Shown: in pieces, positions 1-13,519 of the stretch
Position numbering within the stretch: position 1 is the first letter of the stretch
How the letters are laid out: each line of letters opens with the position of its first letter
Source: Dictyostelium discoideum
Taxonomy: Eukaryota
Direction of reading: 5' to 3'
Assembly (NCBI GenBank): GCA_000004695.1
Contig: CM000151.3
Span: forward strand, 8,416,001 to 8,480,000
DNA length: 64,000 nt
Notes under the pieces: model-generated
What the model was told of the DNA's origin: nothing
The model's input: only the letters and a program-made list of their open reading frames with translations
The model's database searches: none
Position numbers and translations under genes: made by a program

Positions 1-55
1 TCAATTTCAATGGTCCACATTGTGGTTGTAATTAAAGAAGGAGTTATCAAAAAAA

Positions 56-87
<32 letters not shown>

Positions 88-364
88 AAAAAAAAAAAAA
101 AACAAAACTAACCAAAAAAAAAGATAATTTGTATCAAATCCAAAATAAAAGTTTAATCAACTTATTTTTATTCACTTTTTTTTATTATCTTATTTTTTTT
201 TTTTTTTAATTTTTGAAACAAGTTTAATAAAAACTGTATTCTAATTTTTAAATGTATTTATAAGAATTTAATTTTTTTTTTTTTTTTTATTTTCATTATT
301 ACAATTTTTTAATAAACAAATAAATAAAAAAAAAAGTTAAATAAAAAAATATATAATAAAAAAA

Positions 365-961
365 ATGAAAGAAATTAAATTTAATATTCAATATATATTA
401 ATAATTTTAATGATTAGTATTAATATTTTTGTCAAATCACAAAATAGTAGTACTGTTCAATATGTTCAATGGGATAATTTACCATCATCAGGTTTCGATA
501 TTACATTAATCTCTGGATCAACTATTCTATTTGTTGTATCAAACAAAACTGGTGATCATAATGTTTACTCAAAGGAAACACCACCTGGTGTTGAAAAGTT
601 CTCTTCAGGTACTTTAAATTTTAGAAATAATCCATCATTCTCTCATAAATTTAATGATATTGGTGATTATTTAATCATTGATCAAATTAATAAAACAAGT
701 GGTGAAATGAAATTATCAATTATTTCAAACTCTTCAAGTGAATTTATAAATCCAAATAGTACATCAAGTGAATCAACCTCATCATTGTCCTCTTCAATTT
801 CAAATTCAAATTCAACTTCAAATGAAACTACAACATCAACAAATTACAATCATACAACCTCAACTATTACTGAAGCTCCATCTGGAAATGATGCCTCCAC
901 AATTAGTAAATCAATCTATTCTTTTGTTATTATTGTTATTTTAATCTTTTTTTACCTTTGA
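365..961 (+). CDS. Secreted or GPI-anchor-type Ser/Thr-rich surface protein (hypothetical).
   Basis: 198-aa ORF with an N-terminal signal-like hydrophobic segment (ILIILMISINIFV), many N-glycosylation sequons and a Ser/Thr-rich stalk, ending in a C-terminal hydrophobic tail (FVIIVILIFFYL). That is the signal-peptide plus GPI-type topology. No recognisable catalytic motifs. Confidence 0.5.
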   Translation: MKEIKFNIQYILIILMISINIFVKSQNSSTVQYVQWDNLPSSGFDITLISGSTILFVVSNKTGDHNVYSKETPPGVEKFSSGTLNFRNNPSFSHKFNDIGDYLIIDQINKTSGEMKLSIISNSSSEFINPNSTSSESTSSLSSSISNSNSTSNETTTSTNYNHTTSTITEAPSGNDASTISKSIYSFVIIVILIFFYL

Positions 962-1275
962 TTTTAAAATAAGTCAATAATAGAGATTTTATCCTTAATT
1001 AATAAAAATTATAAAAATGATTTACATTTTTTTTTTTTTCCAATCTACACTTTCTTTTTTTTTTTCCAATCTACACTTTCTTTTTTTTTTTTTAAATCCC
1101 AAAAATTATTTTTGAATCCCAATATTTTTTTTTTTTTTTTTTTATTTTTCTTATGGGGGGTAATTAATAATAGAAAAACCTTTTTATTTTTTTTTTGAGA
1201 TTTTTACCAGTCAAAAAAGATTTTTTTTTCATTTTTTTTTAAAGACACACGTTCCAAACCATAAATATTTAATTT

Positions 1276-1325
<50 letters not shown>

Positions 1326-1391
1326 TGAAACTTTGTTTTTTTAATTTTTTTTAATTTTTTTTAAAATTGAAATAATATAATAAATAAAAAA

Positions 1392-3068
1392 ATGATGAAA
1401 GCCAAGTAAGTATTTTTTTTTTTTTATATTATTTTATTTATAAAAATAAAACACAACAGATTTTTTTTTATTATATTGATTTCAAAGTTAAAAATAAAAA
1501 AATAAAAAATTAAATAAAAAAAAAATATAAAATAAAAAAAAAAAAATTATATTGCCGAAACACAAAAAAAAAAAAAAAAAATTATATTACCGAAACCTAG
1601 ATTTATTAGGAATCTCCACCCAAAAAAAAAAAAAAAAACAATAAAATTAAATTATTTTTATTAATTTATTTTTATTAATCTATTTTTATTTTATTTTATT
1701 TATTTTTTTTTTTTTTTTTTTTTTTAAAGTAAAATTATAAAATTATTTAAAGGTACAGTTATACATTCAATAGAGATTGGTAAAGTTGAAATTTTACCAA
1801 ATTCATTAATTGGTATTGATGAAGATGGTGTAATTCAACATATGAAATCAAATTATGAAGATTTGAAACAATTAGAAAAGGATGTAACAATGATTTGTAC
1901 AGATAATGGTATTAATGAGCAAGAATCAGTGATTGATATGGGTAATAAATTTTTAATTCCAGGTTTTATTGATACACATGCTCATGCACCACAATATCAT
2001 AATGCAGGCACAGGTACAGATTTACCATTATTAAAATGGTTAGAGAAATACACATTCCCAGTAGAGAGTAAATTCAAGGATTTAATATTTGCGGAGAATG
2101 TTTATGGTAAAGTTGTAGACCGTATGTTACGTCATGGTACCACTACCTGTTGTTATTATGCAACCATTCATTTGGAGGCAAGTGAACTATTGGCAGAGAT
2201 TGTATCAAAACGTGGTCAACGTGCATTCATTGGTAAAGTTTGTATGGATCGTCATTCACCAGATCATTACGTTGAGACTACAGAACAATCAATTTCCAAT
2301 ACTAAAGAGTTTGTAGATAGAATTCTCGCCAAAGGTAACCCATTAGTTCAACCAATTGTCACACCACGTTTTGCACCATCATGTACCGATGAACTTATGG
2401 TAGCATTGGGTAATCTATCACATGAGAAACAAACTTTAATTCAATCACATCTCTCTGAAAATAAAGATGAGATTGAATGGGTCAAATCTTTATATCCAGG
2501 TATTGAAAGTTACACTCATGTCTATAAACATTTCAATTTACTCAATGAACGTACCATTATGGCTCATTGTGTTCATTTATCAGATGAAGAGATTAAATTA
2601 ATTTCAACTCAACAAACTGCCATCTCACATTGTCCAATTAGTAATTTCACTTTAAGTAGTGGTAATCTTGATGTTAGAAAGGTTTTAGAAGCAAATATTA
2701 AATTGGGTTTAGGTTCTGATATATCTGGTGGTTATCATCCTTCCATTCTTCAAGTTATTCGTGACTCTATCAAATGTTCAAATTCTCACTTTTTCAACAA
2801 TGGTAATCATACACCATTAACCTTTGAAGAGGCTTTCTATTTAGCAACTGTTGGTGGTAGTAAAGTTGTAAACTTGGATCATCGTATTGGTAATTTCATT
2901 GTTGGTAAAGATTTTGATGCTCAAATCATTGATCCATTCGTTCAAAATTCACCATTTGATTGTTTCGATGGTGAAACTTTAAAAGATATTTTCCAAAAAT
3001 TCATTTATCTTGGTGATGATAGAAATCTTTCATCATTATATATTAAAGGAAATAAAATTAAATTTTAA
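1392..3068 (+). CDS. guaD: Guanine deaminase (amidohydrolase superfamily). Model join(1392..1405,1730..3068).
   Basis: The main exon encodes PGFIDTHAHAPQYHNAGTGTDLPLLKWLEKYTFPVE and the rest of the metal-dependent amidohydrolase fold, which is typical of guanine deaminase. The frame is open upstream of the first in-frame Met back to an AG at 1728-1729 and encodes KLFKGTVIHS, matching the conserved GDA N-terminus (IFRGTFVHS). A 14-nt first exon ATGATGAAAGCCAA followed by GTAAGT at 1406 splices in phase to 1730. The first-exon assignment is inference. Confidence 0.8.
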
Positions 3069-3127
3069 ATAAATATATAAATAATTTTTATTTTTTTTTA
3101 TTTTTTTTTATAATATTATTAATTTTA

Positions 3128-4009
3128 TTATTGAATTAAATTTTCAGGTAAATTAAATAATTTTACTAATTCTCTTGCAACACCATCTTGATCATTTGTA
3201 TATTGTGAAACTTTATTTGCAATTGATTTAGTGATATCAGTACCATTTGCTAAACAAATACCAAGACCAGATTGTTCTAACATTTCATTATCATTTTCAG
3301 CATCACCAAATGCTACGACTTTACTTGAATCAATTGATTTAGCTTTACAGAAATCAATGACTGATGTTCCTTTATTTACACCATGTTCAAGAAATTCTAC
3401 ATAGTATTGTTTGTAATCTTTATTCATACAATTTGATTTAACTAATGAAAGTGTTGGGAATAGTGGACGCATAGTTTCCAATAATTGATCACATTCTTTA
3501 TCATCATCTAAAATGATTAAACATTTGGCTGGTGTGAAATCCTCTGGTAATGTTGAATAACTTGGAATTAATTTATAGGTTGCACCAGTCATAATTGAAT
3601 AACGTCTTGGTTTTTCTGCCAATTCCGGTTTATCAATACCATATACGATACCATCACCATAGATATTTAAAAAGAGATTATTCTCTTCAACATATTTAAA
3701 GATGGCTTTGAGATTACTATTATCGATACTATGTGAGAATACTGTATTTCTACCCTCGGATTTACGACCAAAACAAATACTACCATTATATCCAATTAAA
3801 TAACAATCGATCCCTAATGCTTCTTCAACTGGTGAAACTAAATATGGTGCTCTTCCACTTGCTAATAATACTAAAACTTCTTCTCCATCAATATTTTTAA
3901 ATTCTGGTTTACTTATATATTGTAAAACTCTTTTACTATTTTCACTAACTTGTTTATTTGAATTTAAAATTGTACCATCAAGGTCAAGTGCAATTGCTCT
4001 ATAACTCAT
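3128..4009 (-). CDS. HAD-superfamily hydrolase, Cof-type (subfamily IIB) phosphatase.
   Basis: 293 aa. N-terminal motif I IALDLDGTIL and C-terminal FGDAENDNEMLEQSGLGICLANG (motifs III/IV) are typical of the Cof/YbiV-like HAD IIB family. Confidence 0.8.
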   Translation of the reverse strand: MSYRAIALDLDGTILNSNKQVSENSKRVLQYISKPEFKNIDGEEVLVLLASGRAPYLVSPVEEALGIDCYLIGYNGSICFGRKSEGRNTVFSHSIDNSNLKAIFKYVEENNLFLNIYGDGIVYGIDKPELAEKPRRYSIMTGATYKLIPSYSTLPEDFTPAKCLIILDDDKECDQLLETMRPLFPTLSLVKSNCMNKDYKQYYVEFLEHGVNKGTSVIDFCKAKSIDSSKVVAFGDAENDNEMLEQSGLGICLANGTDITKSIANKVSQYTNDQDGVARELVKLFNLPENLIQ

Positions 4010-4125
4010 TTTTATTATTTATAATTTATTATTATTTATTATTACAAAAATATTTAATTTTAATGAAAAATAAAATAGAAGAATGAAATGAAAATAAAAA
4101 AAAAAAAAAAAAAAAAATATAAACG

Positions 4126-4167
<42 letters not shown>

Positions 4168-4425
4168 AAATTTTATTTTATTTTTATTTTATTTTATTTT
4201 TTATTTATTTTGGCAAAAACCAATTTAAATTAAATTTATTTTCGAATTTAGAATGTTTAACCCTATAACCGAATGTTTTTTTTTTTTTGTCGGGGAATCC
4301 CAACCTTTTTTTCAGATTTTTTTTACAACTGAAAAAAAATTTATTTTTATTTTTTATTTTTTTATTTAAAAGTCCAAATTCTTATTTTTGAACCTTAATA
4401 ATATTATTAATATTTTAAGACTAAA

Positions 4426-5364
4426 TTACAAATTAAAAGGTTGAGGTATTTTTGAAGAATAACAAAATTTAAATTCTGGATCTTGGTATTCACGTTGATT
4501 CACTAAAGAGGCGGAAGAAGTTCTGCATGCCATTGAACAAAGGTCGAATTGATTCTTTAAATATTTCTTATCTAAATTCTTTTCAGCGAAATTAATTAAT
4601 GTATCATGCAGTATTGAAACTTTGTCTTGTCTCATACAACATGAAATACAAAATTCATAAGAATCACAACAATCTGAAACTTCACCACCTAAACATCTTG
4701 AGCATGTAAATCTTTGTACACCTATTTCTTCGTTTTCTATTTGATTTTCATTATCACCTCTATTTTTATTATTGGTAGTTTTTTGATTACCTTCATCATT
4801 ATCATTATCATCATCATCATCATCTCTAAAATGTTTATTATTGTTAGTTGTAGTGCTAGTTTTATTTCCACCAAAACAACATCCTGTGACTGAATCCCAT
4901 TGAGATCGTAAACAAACATATCCTTGATCATCTGCAATATATGTACTTCCTTGAATTGTACTTTCACATTTATTATTTTCATCATTATTATTACTACTAT
5001 TACTACCATTACTATTCTTATTATTACTATTATTATTATTATTGTTATTATTATTATTATTATTATTGTTATTATTATTATTATTATTAGTGTTAGTGTT
5101 ATCGTTATCATCACTACTTCTAATGTTTCTACCGGTACTTGTAAAACTATTTAATTGGTATCCATTATCATCATTAGTTTTTTGATATTTATGATTTGTT
5201 GGTCCCCATTTGAAATTATATTCATTTATTATTGTGTTTATTTTTTCTTGTTTACCAAAATCTGTTAAAGGTAATGAATCAGTTTTATAAATTCCAATTA
5301 ATATTACACCAATACCAAGTATTATCACTAAAAGAATACATAATTTAAATGGTATTCTTTTCAT
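4426..5364 (-). CDS. SPRING (SREBP-regulating gene, C12orf49/UPF0454) homolog. Type II membrane protein with a Cys-rich lumenal domain.
   Basis: N-terminal TM helix (LCILLVIILGIGVILIGIY), a poly-Asn insert, then a C-terminal domain CESTIQG..YVCLRS..GCC...CCDSYEFCISCCM...FDLCSMACRTSSASLVNQREYQDPEFKFCYSS. This aligns motif-for-motif with human SPRING ([61 protein letters not shown]). Confidence 0.75.
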   Translation of the reverse strand: MKRIPFKLCILLVIILGIGVILIGIYKTDSLPLTDFGKQEKINTIINEYNFKWGPTNHKYQKTNDDNGYQLNSFTSTGRNIRSSDDNDNTNTNNNNNNNNNNNNNNNNNNNNSNNKNSNGSNSSNNNDENNKCESTIQGSTYIADDQGYVCLRSQWDSVTGCCFGGNKTSTTTNNNKHFRDDDDDDNDNDEGNQKTTNNKNRGDNENQIENEEIGVQRFTCSRCLGGEVSDCCDSYEFCISCCMRQDKVSILHDTLINFAEKNLDKKYLKNQFDLCSMACRTSSASLVNQREYQDPEFKFCYSSKIPQPFNL

Positions 5365-5423
5365 GTATATATATATATTTTTTTTATTTATTATTTGTTT
5401 TTTTTTTTCTTATGATTTTTTAT

Positions 5424-5424
5424 T

Positions 5425-5503
<79 letters not shown>

Positions 5504-5504
5504 T
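5424..5504. repeat. (ATTT)n microsatellite, about 20 units.
   Basis: Perfect tttatttatt... tandem run in the spacer between the SPRING homolog and Sec24. It is flanked by 40-60 nt poly(T)/poly(A) homopolymers (5881-5956 and 4095-4165). Confidence 0.9.
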
Positions 5505-5655
5505 TTTTTTTTTTTTTTTCCTTACTAATTTTATTATATATATGTAAAATAAAAAAAAAGAAAAAATAAAAAATTTAAAAAATTATTTATTTTTTTTTTT
5601 TATTGGTATATAACATATTAATCTTATTTATCTTAATTAATTAAATTAATGGGTG

Positions 5656-5687
<32 letters not shown>

Positions 5688-5890
5688 TGAATTAATTTGG
5701 TCTTGGAAAAAAAAAAAATAAAAAAAATAAAAAAAAATAAAAAAAAAATAAAAATAAAAATATTTGAAAAACACGGTTGCAAGCTGTTTTGTGCTGACTT
5801 TTTAGTTGAGTTATATTTGCTGCATTGTAATCATTACTTTTTTAATAATTATTTTCTATTCTTTGATTATTATTATTATTTTCTATTCTT

Positions 5891-5958
<68 letters not shown>

Positions 5959-6538
5959 TTGTTTATTTTTTTTATGGATTTTTTTTTTTTTTTTTTTTTT
6001 TTTTATGGATTTGCCACCGACGAAGTTTTTTAGTTTTTTCATTTTGACTCAAAAATCTTGACCAAATTAATAAATCGATGTTGCAGATACTAATATTACA
6101 TTTTTTATTTATAATTTTGAGTCAAAATTTAATTCTTTTTTTTTTTTTTGTTTTTTTTATTTATTTTTATTTTTATTTTTATTTTTATTTTCATTACTTT
6201 TTTTTTATTTATGTGATGTGCACAGTTAAAAAATTAAAAAAAAAAAAAAAAAAATTTTAAAAAAAAAAAAAAGTGAAAATTTAATTTTTTTTTTTTTTTT
6301 TTTTTTAATTTTTTTTTTTTTAAAATTAAAAATAATAAACACTCAATACAATTATATTTTCTTTTATGTAGGTAGTTTTAAATGATTTAAATTGAGTGTG
6401 TTTGTTTTTCTCAAACTAATTTTTAATTTAATATTTTATAAAAAAAAAAATAAAAATAAAAAAATAAAAAAAATAAAAAATAGATAAATAGATATAATTG
6501 ATAGTGTTTGTGTTTGGAAAATTAAATAATAGTTAAAA

Positions 6539-7350
6539 ATGAGTTATCCAAACCAACAACAAGAACAAAGTGGTTATCCACAACAACAACAACAGGGTTA
6601 TCCACAACAAAATCAGGGTGGTTATCCACAACAACAACAACAACAACATCAAAGGGGTGGATATCCACAACAAGGATACCCACAACAACCACAGGGTTAT
6701 CCACAACAAAATCAAGGTGGATATCCACAACAACCACAAACACAACAATATAACCCATATAGTCAACAAACATCACCACCTACAACTACAAATTCAGCAC
6801 CACCAACTACAAATTCAGCACCATTAAACCCATCTGTACAACAAACATCACCACCACAATCAATGACTAATAATACTGGAGTATATTCACAACCACCACC
6901 AACTAATCAACAACAATCACCATCAAAATCACAACCAATCAATAATAATAATATGGGAGGATATCCTCAACAATCATCACAATCATCACCACCACCAACA
7001 TCACAACAACAACAATATCAAGGTGGTTATCCACAACAAACAGGTTATTCTCAACAACCACAAACAAATTCATTATCATCACCAACCCAACCACCACCAC
7101 CAATCACAAATAATACATCAGCACCACCACAACCAACAGGTTATTCTCAACCACCACCAATGACAAATAATACAGGTTATCAACAAACTACAAATACTTC
7201 ACAACCACCAATGAACAATTATCAACAATACTCACCAAATCAACCAAGCGGTGGTAATATGTATCAACAACCACAATCACAACAATCACAACAACCACAA
7301 CAACCACAACAATATCAATATAATCAACAACCACCACAACAACCATATGG

Positions 7351-7408
<58 letters not shown>

Positions 7409-10036
7409 CCACCACAACAACCATATGGACAACAACCACAACAACAACAACAATGGAATAGTAATCCAGTACCAGGTTTACAAAATTTATCACTTGGACC
7501 AAATAACCAACAACCACAACAACAATATGGACAACCACAACAACAACAATATGGGCAACCACCATTCGTTGGACAACAACAACAACAACAACAACAACCA
7601 TGGCAACCACAACAACCACAACAACAACCAAATCAACAACAAATTGAGGATAATAGAATTAATATGTCAAAAGTGCCAAGCCCAACAGCAATTTTAGAAC
7701 AATTTAATAATTATATTTATAAGACCAATTCAGATGTGTCACCACCACCATCAACAGTTCAACAATTAGTGATTGATCAACAAAATGCATCACCAAATTT
7801 CATTCGTTCAACATTGTATACCATTCCAGAGAATGAGGATACTCTTAATCTAATTCATATTCCATTTGCAATTCATGTTCAACCATTGGCATACAATGGT
7901 ATTTCAGGTGAGGTACCAGTGATTCGTACACCAGGTGGACCAATTCAATGTAAACGTTGTCACAGTTATATCAATCCATTCAATCCATTCACCAATGGTG
8001 GTAAATATTTTACTTGTCGTTTCTGTGAATTTGAAAATCAAGTACCACAAGAATACTTTAGTGCCACGCTTCCAAATGGTCAACGTACCGATTACGAACA
8101 AAGACCTGAACTTCAAAGGGGTTCCTACGATTTCATAAAGACTGAAGCAAATGCAGCTCAAGTACCGGGTTATGTTTTCGTGATTGAAATTTCACAAGTT
8201 ACCATCAATAGTGGTATCGTCGAGAATGTAATCAATGCCATCAGAAGAATTCTCAATGAAAGATATGATAGTATACCAGCCAAAGTTGGTATCATCACCT
8301 ACGATACAGAGGTTCACTTTTGGTCATTCAAACCAACCTATGCCTATCCACAAATGAAAGTATTGACAGCTGACAATGTTTTCGTACCAGTTAATGACGG
8401 TTTCCTCGTGGATTATCGTGAGTCTAAACAATTGATGGATTTCTTTTTCGATAATTTCAAAACCTTCTTCAAACGTCCACAACCATCGAATCAACCATTT
8501 GCATTTGGTGCCGCTGTTCAAGCCGCTGCAATGTCATTGGAAAAGATTGGTGGTAGAGTTTTCACATTCAATACTACCCTTCCAAAAGGTTCACCTGGTG
8601 CTATCGCTAAACGTGTCGAAAAATCAATTCAACCATCACCAAACGGTTCACAATTCTATAAGACGGTAGCAACTGAATGTGTTGCAAAGAATGTTTCAGT
8701 GGATCTCTTTGTAATTCCAACAGAGATTTGTGATGTACCATCCTATGCTCAATTGGCAACCGCTACTGGTGGTCATATCAATCTCTACAATAATTACTCG
8801 GCCGAAGTTCACTCTGAATTACTCACAAGTGATATCATTCATTATGTTACAATGGAATTTGGTTTCAACGCAACCTCTAAAGTTAGATCCTCTAGAGGTA
8901 TCACTGTTTCTGCTCATTATGGTAATATCACTGAAGAGAATGGTCTCATTCAAATGGCTGGCGTGACCTCTGATAAATCAATTACATCAGTATTAAAATA
9001 TGATGATAAATTAAAACCAAAATCAAAAGCTTATATTCAATTTGCAATGATGTAAGTTTTTATTAAATTATTTAAATAATAATTATTATATATATATAAA
9101 ATATATTATAATATTTATAATTAACTATTTTATTTTATTTTATTTAGATATACAAATATTAAAGGTGAAACTAGAATTAGAATTCATAATTTAAGATTAT
9201 CAGTTGATTCAGTTTTAACAAATTTATTTAAAGATTCAGATTTAGATTCAATTACAACCTATTTTGCAAGAGTAGCAAGTAAAGAGGTATTGACAACTAC
9301 ACCAACTACAGTTCGTTCAAATACAGTTGATAAAGGTGTTGATTTATTAGCATCCTATAGAAAGAATTGTGCATCCGATAAGAAGGCAACTCAATTGATC
9401 TTACCAGAGGGTATTAAATTGATGCCAATCTATATATTGTCAATGATGAAAACACCATGTTTCCGTCTTTCACCAGATATCAGTCAAGATTTGCGTTATT
9501 TCTATTTGAATTTATACACTTCATCAGCACCTTCAAGAATTATACCATTGATTTATCCACGTACCTATCCAATTCATAATTTATTACCTGGCGATGGTTA
9601 TAAACATCCAAACTATGATCACATTGTATTACCATCATTCATTAGATTATCGGCCGATCAAATCTCTCAAAATGGTATTTACATTCATGAAGATGGTAGA
9701 CAAATTATGGTTTGGATTCAACAATTTGCTGCTACCAATTATCTTCGTGATCTTTTCGGTATCGAGAGTACCTTTGGTTATACCAATAGTAAATTATCAC
9801 AACTCTATCATTCTTTAAATGGTCAAAACGAATATCATCAACGTATTGAAGCTATCATCGCTTCAATCACTCAACTTCGTGGTTACAAAGATAGACCTGT
9901 CATTTTCGTCGTTCAAGGTGATCCTGTTGATGCTCATCTTAGATTACAATTCCATGAAGACAAAGGTGTTGATTCTGTCTCTTACATTGATTTCCTTTGT
10001 CAAATTCATAAACAAATTCAAAATAAATTATCGTAA
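6539..10036 (+). CDS. COPII coat component Sec24. Model join(6539..9051,9148..10036).
   Basis: A Gln/Pro-rich N-terminus with GYPQQ repeats is followed by the Sec23/24 zinc finger CKRCHSYINPFNPF...FTCRFCEFENQVP and a trunk domain. Donor GTAAGT at 9052 and acceptor TTTAG at 9146-9147 restore the frame into the 9290..10036 ORF (helical and gelsolin-like region). The intron is 96 nt and AT-rich. Confidence 0.85.
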
Positions 10037-10046
10037 GGTATTATAT

Positions 10047-10049
10047 TAA

Positions 10050-10113
<64 letters not shown>
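10047..10113. repeat. (ATA)n/(TAA)n microsatellite in the 3' flank of Sec24.
   Basis: About 22 perfect aat/ata units directly after the Sec24 stop codon. Confidence 0.9.
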
Positions 10114-10128
<15 letters not shown>

Positions 10129-11031
10129 TTAAAAAAAAAAAAAATAATAAAAAAAAATTAAATTACAAACTATAAATAAAAAAAGAGATCAACCAAAAAA
10201 AAAAAAAAAGTAATAATTAAAATCTTTTAAAAATAGAATGTAATGTATTAATAGTTTTTTTTTTTTTTTATTTATTTTTTATTTTTATGTTATTATTTTC
10301 TAAAAAAAAAAAAAAAAAAAAAAATTAGGCAAAATGATTATCAACAAACAGCTGCTGCTCTTTTGATGGCAAATACTTATTAGGAAAAAAAAAAAAAATA
10401 AAAAAATAAAAAAAAATAAAAATAAAAACCAATACTAAAATAAAAAAAATAAAATAAAATAAAAAATAAAAAGATCATTTTTTTGATCATTTCTTTTATT
10501 ATAAACACAATGAAAAAATTGCCCGCCAATCATTTTTTGATCTTTTTTTTAAATTTTTTTTTTTTATTTTTTTTTTTTTTTAAAAAAAAAGAACTGTTTT
10601 TTTTTTTTATTTTGAATTGTTAAATTAATTTTACAAAAAAACAAAAAAAAAAAATAAAATAATATAAAAACAATCGTTCTTTTTTTTTTTTTTTTTTTAT
10701 TTTCACGCTGTATACAACATAAATAATAATAAAACATAGCAATAACATCTAGCATTTTTTTTTTTTTTTATCTTTCCAATTTTATGTTAGACTCCAACCC
10801 CCACATCACAAGGTGAGTACCAGATTTTGAAAATACAAAAAAATAAAAATAAAAAAAAAAAATAATAAAAAAAAAAATAACAACCCAATTATTTTTTTTT
10901 TTTTTTTCTAATCCATATTAATATCATATTTAAAATAATAAAAAAAAAATACAATTAGTAATTAGTTTAAAGGAAAAAAAAAGAATTATTTTTGTTTTTG
11001 GTTTTTTTTTTTCTTTTTTTTTTTTGGGAAA

Positions 11032-13425
11032 ATGAGCAATAGTTTTTTGCATTGTAAAAAATCAAATGATGAATTTGCAGAGAATTTAATATGGAGAAGG
11101 AATTTATTGACAGTATTTGAAAAGTTGGGAGAAAAAGATCAAATAGCTCATGCAATGCAATATTTGATATCACAAGTTCATGGATTATTAAATTTAAATC
11201 AATTACAATTTTTTATGGATTGTATTGTTGAAAGTAGTGAGGATTTTAATAATATTGGTAAGAGGGAAGTTATAAAATTATTAGGTACAATGGTATCAAT
11301 ATTTAGGAATAGATTATCATCATATCTCAATAAGATCATTTCATTCATAATTAGAAGATTAAGTGAACCAACATCATCAGGATTATTAGAGATAACATTG
11401 GAAACATTGGGTATAACTTGTAATAACATTATCATTGAACAAAAACATTTATTTAAAACCAATGGTGGTATTGGAAGTTGTAATGTAAATATCAATGGAA
11501 GCAATCTATCCAATAGTCTAAGTAGTAACCCAACTCAACAACAACAGCAACAACAATTATCAATTTCAACTAGTCTAATCGATGTTTATTTAAATCCAAT
11601 ATTAATGATAATCAATCTACCAAGTAGACATATTCAATGTGCTTCCATTCTGGCCATTCAAAAAGTGATTGAAAATATTTATGATATAAATAACTTACTT
11701 TGTCCACAATTACCAAAGATTTTAAATCAACTTTTGAAAAAGTTAATAAATGTTCAATTACCATCATCATCATCGGCTTCAATGTCTTCATTTTCAACTC
11801 AGTATTGTGTACCACATATACTTTCAACCATTTCAAGTTTATTTAAAATGGTTGGATCAAATTATTTCATTTATCATAATTCTCTATCTCATTCTTTAAT
11901 TGATCAAATCAATGGTACTCTAATTTCAAATTCAATAAGAACTTTAACTTCAAATGATTGGACTGCTAGAAATTCTTCTGCAACTTTATTACAAACTATT
12001 GTAGATATTCTTCCAAAATCATTTTATTTTAATAGGATAAATGATATTCTAAAATCTTTAAATGATTGTAAATATGATAAAGTATGTTTTTTAAATTTCT
12101 TTATTTAAATAAATTAAAATAAAATATATTAACCCCCTTTTTTTGTTTTTTTTAAAAAAAAAAAAAAGATAAAATCAATTAGAGATAGTGTAAATAAATC
12201 AATTCAATTATATAATGAATCACTTTTAAATAATACAAATACAAATAATAATAATAATAATAATTTAGATAGTAGTAATAATAATCATAATAATAATAAT
12301 ATAAACGAATCAAATAATAATTTTTATAATCAGCATAATCCACCAATTAATATTGTTAGTAATATACCGACAACTCCACCATTTATAGAAGCTAAATTTA
12401 ATAAACAATTTCAACAGCAACAGCAACAACAAAATCAATCAATTTATAATTCACCTTTATTAAAGTCACCACGTAAGACTTCACCAACTACACCATCAAC
12501 GCCAACATCAACACCACCAATTCATTCACAACCAAGTCCATATAAAAAGTATACACCATTATCATCACCATCATTAAGTAGTAAGAAAATTACATCTTAT
12601 TCTTCAATGTCATTATCATCTTCATCCTCTCAATCATCCAATAGTGGTAGTTTTAATATATCAAATACTACCACTACAAACCAATTACCATCGGCTTTTA
12701 AAACGAGTCCAACACCATCTTATTCAAATTCACCAATTTTAAAACCAACTACAACTTCAATTAATTTAAATACCACTTCTAAAATACCAACAAACTTTAA
12801 AGAATTTAATATATCTTCCTCTTCATCACTTTCTACTTCGCCTTTAATATTTTCAAATAATAAACAAGAATTACATCAACAACATCAACATCAACATCAA
12901 CAACATCAACAACAAATTGAACAAAAACAAAAACATCATTATCGGTACACAGATGAAGAAATAATTCATATGGTTGATAATAATAATAATGAGAACGAAA
13001 ATGAAGATAATAATAATAATAATGATAAAAGTGATAATGAAGATAATAATAATAATCAAGATGAAACAAATATTTTAACTTTATCATCACTTGTGAAATC
13101 ACCAAATCCAAAACCAATAATATTTTCACCTTCAAAATCAACAAATAATACTACAAATAATTCATCATCGTCATCATCATCATCATCAACAACTACAACA
13201 ACCTCATCATCACCAAAATTAAATATAAAACCAAAAGAAACTATTACAACTACAACTACAATTACAACTGAAGAGAATGAAACATTGAAATTAATTCACG
13301 AAATGATGAATTCAATGAACGATTTTATGATTGAAACTCGTGATAATATTGATCAAATTAAAAAAAGGTTAGGCGTTGTTGAATCTTCAGTTTTAACACT
13401 TCAAAAATATTATTTAACAAAATGA
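11032..13425 (+). CDS. Hypothetical helical-repeat (HEAT/TOG-like) protein with a long Ser/Thr/Asn-rich C-terminal region. Model join(11032..12081,12169..13425).
   Basis: Exon 1 (358 codons) is alpha-helical and Leu-rich with HEAT-like periodicity (LLNLNQLQFFMDCIVE, LLQTIVDILPKSFYF). Donor GTATGT at 12082 and acceptor at 12167-12168 join in phase 0 to a long low-complexity exon ending in a coiled-coil-like tail (IDQIKKRLGVVESSVLTLQKYYL). The function call is a weak inference. Confidence 0.5.
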
Positions 13426-13519
13426 TGATAATAATATAACAATAAACTTTATTTTATTTGAATTATTTTTAAAAAAAAAAAAAAAAATGAAAAATGATAA
13501 TAATAAATTTAAAATTATT

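Noticed and set aside
1-360. Possible feature in the first 360 bp (long poly-A/poly-T runs).
   Set aside because: Only homopolymers and AT-rich spacer. There is no ORF or structured element. It is probably the promoter or 5' flank of the 365 gene.
2134-2316. 60-aa ORF inside guanine deaminase in another frame.
   Set aside because: It is fully nested in a well-supported CDS, and its peptide MVPLPVVIMQPFIW has no support.
4737-5154. ORFs 4737..5114 (-) and 4924..5154 (+) encoding poly-Ile/Met/Thr low-complexity peptides inside the SPRING homolog.
   Set aside because: They are alternative-frame and opposite-strand readings of the (AAT)n/(ATT)n run that encodes the poly-Asn insert of the real minus-strand gene. 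They have no codon bias and no start context.
6522-7697. ORFs 6522..6779, 6533..6769, 6570..6827, 7188..7631 and 7251..7697 overlapping the Sec24 N-terminus.
   Set aside because: These are frame-shifted or antisense readings of the (CAA)n/(CAACAACCA)n Gln/Pro-rich repeats. The Sec24 frame is the only one continuous with a recognisable domain.
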